45,725 bases of DNA, taken from sequence record MN545971.1. The stretch is one strand, 5' to 3'. The DNA is from Citrobacter phage HCF1. Positions within the stretch are counted from its first letter, which is position 1, and each line of letters starts with the position of its first letter. Below are positions 39,749 through 45,725 of this stretch, one piece after another. Both the position numbers and the translations under genes were made by a program. The notes under the pieces are model-generated. The model made no database searches. It was not told where the DNA came from and saw nothing but the letters and a program-made list of their open reading frames with translations.

Positions 39749-40150
39749 GTGAATGTGTTCGCCTTGCAAGTAATGCGGGGTTTCACCCGCTATTTTGCAT
39801 CAAGTGTTAGTAAAGAGTTTTTGGCTCGCATGATGAGCGCTAAATATATCGACGGCGTAAAAGGAAAATACTGGAGTCGCGGCGCAATGCGTAGGCCATT
39901 TAATTTCGAGCTATACAGTCTTGAAGGCGACAAAACGAATACGAATGTGTTCGCCTTGCAAGTAATGCGGGGTTTCACCCGCTATTTTGCATCAAGTGTT
40001 AGTAAAGAGTTTTTGGCTCGCATGATGAGCGCTAAATATATCGACGGCGTAAAAGGAAAATACTGGAGTCGCGGCGCAATGCGTAGGCCATTTAATTTCG
40101 AGCTATACAGTCTTGAAGGCCATATTTTGCTAACTCCGGCGGTTGAATGA
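39749..40150 (+). CDS. hypothetical protein with 64-codon duplication
   Basis: NVFALQVMRGFTRYFASSVSKEFLARMMSAKYIDGVKGKYWSRGAMRRPFNFELYSLEG twice. Confidence 0.4.
   Translation: MNVFALQVMRGFTRYFASSVSKEFLARMMSAKYIDGVKGKYWSRGAMRRPFNFELYSLEGDKTNTNVFALQVMRGFTRYFASSVSKEFLARMMSAKYIDGVKGKYWSRGAMRRPFNFELYSLEGHILLTPAVE
39751..40119 (+). repeat. direct repeat, offset 192 bp
   Basis: GAATGTGTTCGCCTTGCAAG at 39751 and 39943. Confidence 0.9.
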
Positions 40151-40392
40151 TTCGCGTGATTCACAAAACCGATACAGATCCAGAAGAAACATTATGTTAT
40201 GAACCAACTGGAAATATTGCGCCTTTAATGTCTTATCAACTGGCGTATATTCAAGATCACCATCATCATATTCGCGTGATTCACAAAACCGATACAGATC
40301 CAGAAGAAACATTATGTTATGAACCAACTGGAAATATTGCGCCTTTAATGTCTTATCAACTGGCGTATATTCAAGATCACCATCATCATTAA
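40147..40392 (+). CDS. small hypothetical protein, 40-aa unit in duplicate, each ending DHHHH
   Basis: IRVIHKTDTDPEETLCYEPTGNIAPLMSYQLAYIQDHHHH x2. Confidence 0.4.
   Translation: MIRVIHKTDTDPEETLCYEPTGNIAPLMSYQLAYIQDHHHHIRVIHKTDTDPEETLCYEPTGNIAPLMSYQLAYIQDHHHH
40150..40389 (+). repeat. 2 x 120 bp exact tandem repeat
   Basis: ATTCGCGTGATTCACAAAACC at 40150 and 40270. Confidence 0.9.
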
Positions 40393-40539
40393 CAAACTTA
40401 CGCTTTCCCAGAATGTTTGCTCACGCACCAGTAAAAACGTTCACTAACACCTATACCACGTGCACCAGCATCCATGATCCCACTACCTTTTTGCGCTCTT
40501 TCTTGCGTTGCTCGTTGATGCGCTCAACTTCAATGACGT

Positions 40540-41370
40540 ATGCAAACAGCGATCGCAAGAACAACAGCGAATTAGTGCTAAAAGCACGGGATAGCGGTCA
40601 CGTTTCTATCGCTCGCGCAAACTCTGAAAACAATATGAGTTTTGTTGCGCTTGGATGCATGAGCGTAATCGCCGGGATGAAACGAGCTCAACTTGAAGGC
40701 GTAAAGAAGGAATTGAAAGGCGAGCGTTCAGGCACTGAGTTAACCGCGCTTCTTGAATCTCGCGATGAGTTAGAGGAAAAGCGAAAAGCTGTGCGATATC
40801 GTGTTTCCGGTGTCCAGGAAGCACTAGTTATTTTCGGAGAACTTAGCAAGACATATATTAACGCCGCAAACGCATCTGGATATGCTGGCGATGAGGCGGA
40901 AATGTCAAAGCTTATCGAAATTATCATTAAGCTGGCAAAACAGAATAAAGGGATCACAAACTCACGAGCAATTTATGAAAGTGCGAGAAAGGTTAGGCCG
41001 TTTGTTGGTCAGGCTGGAGTGATGAAACGGATTGAGGAAAAATTAATTCCAATGCTTGAAGATCGTCATTATGTTTGCAACGTTGGAAAATTCATTTACA
41101 TCAATCCTTGCTTAATGGGGGCTACAGAAGAAAGCGTTGTATTGAAACCGTCAAGAGGCGCAATGCGAGTGTTGAATATAGCACGACAAGAATTAGAGCC
41201 AGATTTAGCAGACGGCGGAAAATATTCTCACACAATGTTGCGCGGTGCTTTGGGTAAAATGGATAAGCAAGTGATCCGTATCGCATCAGTATTACATGTG
41301 ATCCGTAACTGGTTTAATGAGGAAGGCACACCAACAAAAGCCGTGAAATTGAAATGGAGACAATGCAGGA
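40540..41370 (+). CDS. C-terminal part of DUF3987-like replication (primase/helicase-associated) protein
   Basis: GHVSIARANSENNMSFVALG..., GGKYSHTMLRGALGKMDKQVIRIASVLHVIRNWF. Confidence 0.5.
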
Positions 41371-41379
41371 AGCACCAGA

Positions 41380-41669
41380 CCATAGGCGCAATAGCCGCTG
41401 TTAAAATGCATGTATGCCGATGCCTCTGGAAACTGTACGGAATTTGCGATACTTCTTGCCAGCTTACCGACAACATCAAAATCGTTACCCAGCGAAATGA
41501 CAGGATAGCGATCGTTAGCGCCGCCAATGTCTTTAACTGGTTCCCAAAAGCTGGACGACTGGCGGTATCCGTTTGCCTGTATAGCAACGCGCAAAGGTGA
41601 GATATTTTGTGATTCAGCGGTAGCGATAATTTCTTGTGGTGTTAATTTGTTTGTGTCGAAATCGAACAT
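41380..41669 (-). CDS. N-terminal fragment of possibly the same DUF3987-like protein on the opposite strand
   Basis: MFDFDTNKLTPQEIIATAESQN...RYPVISLGNDFDVVGKLARSIANSVQFPEASAYMHF; AGGAG upstream of ATG. Confidence 0.4.
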
Positions 41670-41697
41670 CGTTGATTACTCCTTTCTGATGCCGCTA

Positions 41698-41742
41698 ATT
41701 ATAACGGCATCATGTTACCAACTTTAGCAATTCGTGCTATTT
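41698..41742 (-). promoter_or_regulatory. Conserved promoter-like element E13 (minus strand)
   Basis: revcomp AATAGCACGAATTGCTAAAG, 21 nt, TATAAT; GATGCCG/CGGCATC bracket the -10. Confidence 0.6.
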
Positions 41743-42057
41743 GATCCGCTCGACACGCGCCAATAAGTGACCGTCGATAATGCTTTTCGCCTCAAGTGTC
41801 ACGGCGTCGAACTCAAGCGATTTATGAAACGATTGACCAATCAGCAGCGTGGCGTGCTTATCCTTCACCAAATAAACCACGTCGCCGTGCTTCATTGTGC
41901 TGATATTGCTAAACATGCAACGGAATGCATTTTTGAGCATGGTTTGCGGCCTATGCGCCTCATAATCTTTTTCTGGTAGAAGGAGTGATTCACCCAAGCG
42001 CATTTGATCGTCTTTGTCTTGATTTCGCGGTAGTCGTGGATATCCGCATCTTGCCAC
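41737..42057 (-). CDS. hypothetical protein
   Basis: ORF ...MFSNISTMKHGDVVYLVKDKHATLLIGQSFHKSLEFDAVTLEAKSIIDGHLLARVERIK; antisense-clear region. Confidence 0.4.
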   Translation of the reverse strand: MARCGYPRLPRNQDKDDQMRLGESLLLPEKDYEAHRPQTMLKNAFRCMFSNISTMKHGDVVYLVKDKHATLLIGQSFHKSLEFDAVTLEAKSIIDGHLLARVERIK

Positions 42058-42063
42058 ATGCTA

Positions 42064-42243
42064 CCCTTTGCAAGTTCGCGCACCGAATTTTTCCAACTGG
42101 ATCACGCCTTCACCACCACGGATCGGACAAAGGAAATCTTTATAGCGGCCTTTAAAGGCCGCTATAAAGATTTCCTTTGTCCGATCCGTGGTGGTGAAGG
42201 CGTGATCCAGTTGGAAAAATTCGGTGCGCGAACTTGCAAAGGG
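42064..42243. repeat. perfect palindrome, 90 bp arms, no spacer
   Basis: centre GGCCTTT|AAAGGCC at 42153/42154. Confidence 0.95.
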
Positions 42244-42309
42244 CATCAGTTTGTTGTCAGAGTTTCGAATAACTTTAAAGTTATTCGAAACTCTGACAAC
42301 AAACTGATG
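42244..42309. repeat. perfect palindrome, 33 bp arms, abutting the previous one
   Basis: CATCAGTTTGTTGTCAGAGTTTCGAATAACTTT|AAAGTTATTCG...CTGATG. Confidence 0.95.
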
Positions 42310-42693
42310 AAAGGCCGCTATAAAGATTTCCTTTGTCCGATCCGTGGTGGTGAAGGCGTGATCCAGTTGGAAAAATTCGGTGCGCGAACTTGCAAAGGGA
42401 AAACATTTAAGGCTGACAAACGATACCAGATCGAACAAGGACGTGTGTTAGGCGCTGTTGCTGGTTATGTGTTCGACGAACACGGCGATCGCTTTACGCT
42501 TAAAGGCCGCTATAAAGATTTCCTTTGTCCGATCCGTGGTGGTGAAGGCGTGATCCAGTTGGAAAAATTCGGTGCGCGAACTTGCAAAGGGAAAACATTT
42601 AAGGCTGACAAACGATACCAGATCGAACAAGGACGTGTGTTAGGCGCTGTTGCTGGTTATGTGTTCGACGAACACGGCGATCGCTTTACGCTT
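42310..42693 (+). repeat. 2 x 192 bp direct repeat (its 5' 90 bp also forms the palindrome arm at 42154)
   Basis: AAAGGCCGCTATAAAGATTTCC at 42154, 42310, 42502. Confidence 0.9.
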
Positions 42694-42829
42694 TATCGCG
42701 AGGAGGTTGGATTTTCTGCCGCTGGTGGCGCGTATCTGTTCGAGGCGAAATATTCACATCTTATTTCTCCACAATTTCAAATTTAGCAACAGCGCCGTAA
42801 CACGTATCCATTACAAGATTTTTGTCTAA

Positions 42830-42954
42830 CTGGATCTTTGCCCTTCCATATTTAACCCACACGTTACCGTTATCATCAATCCATCCTTTGTGTATGTAGT
42901 CAACCGTATAACTTTTGCGCGGCTGGCTACACACTTCAATTTAATTTGTTTCAT
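42830..42954 (-). CDS. small hypothetical protein
   Basis: MKQIKLKCVASRAKVIRLTTYTKDGL... preceded by AGGAGGAATCA. Confidence 0.5.
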
Positions 42955-42974
42955 TGATTCCTCCTGTTGGCTGT

Positions 42975-43020
42975 AATGTAACAAACCCGCCGAAGCGGGT
43001 TTTAACATTTTGTGCTATTT
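42975..43020 (-). promoter_or_regulatory. Conserved promoter-like element E14 (minus strand) overlapping a terminator hairpin
   Basis: revcomp AATAGCACAAAATGTTAAAACCCGCTTCGGCGGGTTTGTTACATT. Confidence 0.5.
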
Positions 43021-43086
43021 CTGATTTGCAAGGCAGACAGCCGTGGCGAAGCCGCGAGGGTGAGAGATCGGATAAGCTTTGTACGC

Positions 43087-43643
43087 TTAGACTTGCCGCC
43101 TAGCTTTTGCCAACCGATTAGCGTTACCTGTTGGCAACACTGACTTAATATCAGGCATGACAAAACCGTTACCAGTCCAAAGACAGGTTTTCTTTGTGTA
43201 TGCGTCACGCGCCGGAATGATATCTGGAAAGTGAGGATGTTTATCATCTTCCGGCAGGTATCCACCAAAGCCGCAAGGGTGAAAAATGTAATCAGGTTGC
43301 CGCCACATCGTCGATAGTACGCTGATCGGATTCTCGATCATATATGGAACGTTGAACCAGTCGCCCAACTCCTGAGCAATTCTTGCAGTTTCCATAGCCT
43401 TGATCTGAAATTCAGGATCACGATCACGCTTTGCCGCAAAGTGACGCGAGCCGCTAACAGCCGTGTCAGTGCATGGAGGGAAGGCGATAATAAAATCAGG
43501 CTTGCCCCACTCCAGACTTATAGCCCTGACGGTAAACTTGCCATCAATCCAGACATTGACATACTCAATGTTGGGATGAGTTACGCGCACCTTGCTATAG
43601 TCGCCGTGATCCGCGTCGTCATAGTTGAAGCAGATGTGATCTG
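43087..43643 (-). CDS. phage C5-cytosine DNA-methyltransferase-like protein (core portion)
   Basis: VICFNYDDADHGDYSKVRVTHPNIEYVNVWIDG...PDFIIAFPPCTDTAVSGSRHF...YMIENPISVLSTMWRQPDYIFHPCGFGGYLPE...DAYTKKTCLWTGNGFVMP. Confidence 0.6.
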
Positions 43644-43764
43644 CTTCAACTATGACGACGCGGATCACGGCGACTATAGCAAGGTGCGCGTAACTCATCC
43701 CAACATTGAGTATGTCAATGTCTGGATTGATGGCAAGTTTACCGTCAGGGCTATAAGTCTGGAG
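43510..43764. repeat. near-perfect palindrome, 126 bp arms, 3 bp centre
   Basis: ...GAAGCAGAT|GTG|ATCTGCTTC...; arms CTCCAGACTTATAGCCCTGACGG / CCGTCAGGGCTATAAGTCTGGAG. Confidence 0.95.
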
Positions 43765-44027
43765 CACTTTGTGACCACGTTCAGCCCACGGAAGCGCATC
43801 ATAACCGGAGCCAGAAAAGAGAGAAAAATTAACATGCTAAATCCTTACTGTAACGCGTTTTAAGGCGCTTTGATGTTAGGCAATGCGATTGCATAGCCGG
43901 TGTAAAAGGCCGCAGCTAGCGCAACAGCCACGTAGTTTTATTTGCAGAACGGGCAGCTTGATTTTGTTCCGCTACCGCCGTGTCTTGGACAGCAAATTTT
44001 CTCAATCGGCGTCATTTTAATCACTCC

Positions 44028-44267
44028 TTAGAACGGGAAGCAACGAGGGCAATTTGGGTCAAAGTCACAGCCGCAATCATTAACGATTGTTGTCGGATCC
44101 GCAACAATAGCGCCGCATTCTTGCTCATAGTTGCAATCTCCAAGCGCTTCCTCCAGCGTCATTTCAAGATAGGCAACCTTTAGCGCATATTCGCTATTCA
44201 ATCCCGCCTCCTCCGCCCGGTACAGTCGAGCATAAAACGGATCGTCTACATTGGTGATCTTGCTCAT
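44028..44267 (-). CDS. small cysteine-rich hypothetical protein
   Basis: MSKITNVDDPFYARLYRAEEAGLN...CNYEQECGAIV...NDCGCDFDPNCPRCFPF. Confidence 0.5.
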   Translation of the reverse strand: MSKITNVDDPFYARLYRAEEAGLNSEYALKVAYLEMTLEEALGDCNYEQECGAIVADPTTIVNDCGCDFDPNCPRCFPF

Positions 44268-44518
44268 TGCATCGCCTCAACGATTTCAGCCGGAAGGCTT
44301 TTAACTTTGCGCAACTTATCCAGCGCACCGATAATAAAGTGATCATCACGAACGGTAACAGTAACGGTCACACCATCGATCACAACTTTAAATTTAAAGT
44401 TGTGATCGATGGTGTGACCGTTACTGTTACCGTTCGTGATGATCACTTTATTATCGGTGCGCTGGATAAGTTGCGCAAAGTTAAAAGCCTTCCGGCTGAA
44501 ATCGTTGAGGCGATGCAA
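44267..44518. repeat. perfect palindrome, 126 bp arms
   Basis: centre TTTAAA|TTTAAA at 44392/44393. Confidence 0.95.
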
Positions 44519-44794
44519 CATTTACAACTCCTTAGCATTTCACGGTTTTAGATTTCACAGCGATGAACGGGAACCCTGACATGTCAGCAGGTCGCAACCC
44601 TGTACGCACCCAATCGCCTCTACTCGATAACCTTACTACTCGCCTGCCTGTATGGTCAATGCGGAAATAATCCCCTGTTTTACACTTCTGAAATAGGTCA
44701 TAATTTCACCTCATGAAACAAAATGAAATCCTGAACGTATGCACATTCTTTCGGTGACTCCCGCCTTTCAGCACTTCACAACCGTTATTCATCA

Positions 44795-45040
44795 GGTGGC
44801 AAGCTCGCACAAGTTGCCGCCGCAATTGGTTTCGACTATTGATAAGCCGTTGCAAGCACCGCCGCCGAAACGATGCGGAAAATCGTAAGCGCTACAACGG
44901 CAAGTGACTTGCTTTCTAGAAAGCAAGTCACTTGCCGTTGTAGCGCTTACGATTTTCCGCATCGTTTCGGCGGCGGTGCTTGCAACGGCTTATCAATAGT
45001 CGAAACCAATTGCGGCGGCAACTTGTGCGAGCTTGCCACC
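44795..45040. repeat. perfect palindrome, 123 bp arms
   Basis: centre GCTTTCT|AGAAAGC at 44917/44918. Confidence 0.95.
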
Positions 45041-45049
45041 CATTAGCCC

Positions 45050-45179
45050 CACTCCAGACTTATAGCCCTGACGGTAAACTTGCCATCAATCCAGACATTG
45101 ACATACTCAATGTTGGGATGAGTTACGCGCACCTTGCTATAGTCGCCGTGATCCGCGTCGTCATAGTTGAAGCAGATCA
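45050..45179 (-). repeat. third copy of the palindrome arm seen at 43510-43764, fused to a different upstream gene
   Basis: CTCCAGACTTATAGCCCTGACGG...GAAGCAGATCAC; reads MESEVICFNYDD. Confidence 0.9.
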
Positions 45180-45366
45180 CCTCGCTTTCCATTACATCAA
45201 CAGGTTCAAGGCGTTGTAACTTCACTTTGAAATCCTCCATGAACATCTTGCGATTTAACAGATCTTCATATGTTGATGTTGCCGTGCTTGCGCAGTCACC
45301 AGTGTAGCAGTTGACGATTTTTCCTGTTGCGCGACTAATCGCGATCACTCTGTATACCGATTTCAT
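45180..45366 (-). CDS. small hypothetical protein
   Basis: MKSVYRVIAISRATGKIVNCYTGDCASTATSTYEDLLNRKMFMEDFKVKLQRLEPVDVMESE. Confidence 0.45.
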
Positions 45367-45725
45367 TTTATCCACTCTCCACTAACAATGAAGTCTGTAA
45401 AGTCGTCTTGATCCAGAATTGAATATCCGCCAGTGCAATAATTTTTCTGTACGTTGTATCGGCGCATAGCAATATAATCATCCTTGCGGTCATGTTTTAT
45501 CCACTCTCCACTAACAATGAAGTCTGTAAAGTCGTCTTGATCCAGAATTGAATATCCGCCAGTGCAATAATTTTTCTGTACGTTGTATCGGCGCATAGCA
45601 ATATAATCATCCTTGCGGTCATGTTTTATCCACTCTCCACTAACAATGAAGTCTGTAAAGTCGTCTTGATCCAGAATTGAATATCCGCCAGTGCAATAAT
45701 TTTTCTGTACGTTGTATCGGCGCAT
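45367..45725 (-). repeat. 129 bp tandem repeat, ~2.8 copies, reaching window edge
   Basis: TTTATCCACTCTCCACTAAC at 45367, 45496, 45625; encodes MRRYNVQKNYCTGGYSILDQDDFTDFIVSGEWIKHDRKDDYIA units. Confidence 0.9.

Noticed and set aside
42058-42786. Long plus-strand ORF as a genuine repeat protein (GRYKDFLCPIRGGEG...)
   Set aside because: Created by palindrome and direct-repeat junctions. Only the last ~95 codons are likely genuine.
43441-43863. Plus-strand ORF containing QTYSPDGKLAINPDIDILNVG
   Set aside because: Runs through the palindrome arm and is complementary/inverted sequence of the methylase-like gene.
44795-45040. Palindromes as phage telomeres (N15-like tos) or transposon ends
   Set aside because: Five separate palindromes with codon-multiple arms, no protelomerase or transposase gene recognised, and arm copies reused elsewhere (45050-45179).
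1-45725. Diversity-generating retroelement, retron, toxin-antitoxin or anti-phage system
   Set aside because: No reverse-transcriptase motif, template/variable repeat pair with A-specific changes, or recognisable defence proteins were seen. All repeats are exact.

Overview
The window is a fragmented, strongly rearranged siphovirus (lambdoid-tailed) phage genome. Recognisable modules, roughly left to right: (i) an early/accessory block of small ORFs with a HAD-type phosphatase and a dNMP-kinase-like P-loop protein (1-8.7 kb); (ii) P22 gp3-like small terminase, large terminase (nuclease half only), DUF1073-type portal, SPP1 gp7/Mu F-like head protein, DUF2213-like protease/scaffold and DUF2184-like major capsid (8.7-17.1 kb); (iii) a lambda-like tail module with tail completion/terminator, tube, chaperones, tape measure, M-, L-, K-, I- and J-like proteins (17.2-29.3 kb); (iv) recombination/replication genes: RecE/Cas4-like exonuclease, SSB, primase zinc ribbon, YdaS/Cro-like regulator, SF2 helicase, VRR-NUC, Dam-like methylase (30.2-37.5 kb); (v) lysis genes (38.3-39.5 kb); (vi) a right end with a strand-split DUF3987-like protein and a DNA-methyltransferase-like protein.

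Two window-wide signals stand out. First, about 14-15 gene-start-proximal copies of a conserved element, AATAGCAC-N4/5-TTG(C/T)TAAAA (core dyad TAGCA-N4/5-TGCTA), lie a nearly constant 20-23 nt upstream of a TATAGT/CATAAT-like -10. They occur on both strands, always co-oriented with the downstream gene. The spacer/-10 region carries one of two hairpin layouts. This looks like an uncharacterised phage promoter family (regulon) with a possible activator site centred near -42.

Second, there are more than 25 exact segmental duplications and five long perfect palindromes. Nearly all hand-measured repeat offsets and all palindrome arm lengths are multiples of 3, and several hit essential genes. I consider a codon/protein-aware assembly artefact the most likely explanation, not biology. 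Single-base indels also split several genes. I did not find CRISPR arrays, tRNAs, rRNAs or a convincing defence system. All family names are from recognition of sequence motifs, not database searches.
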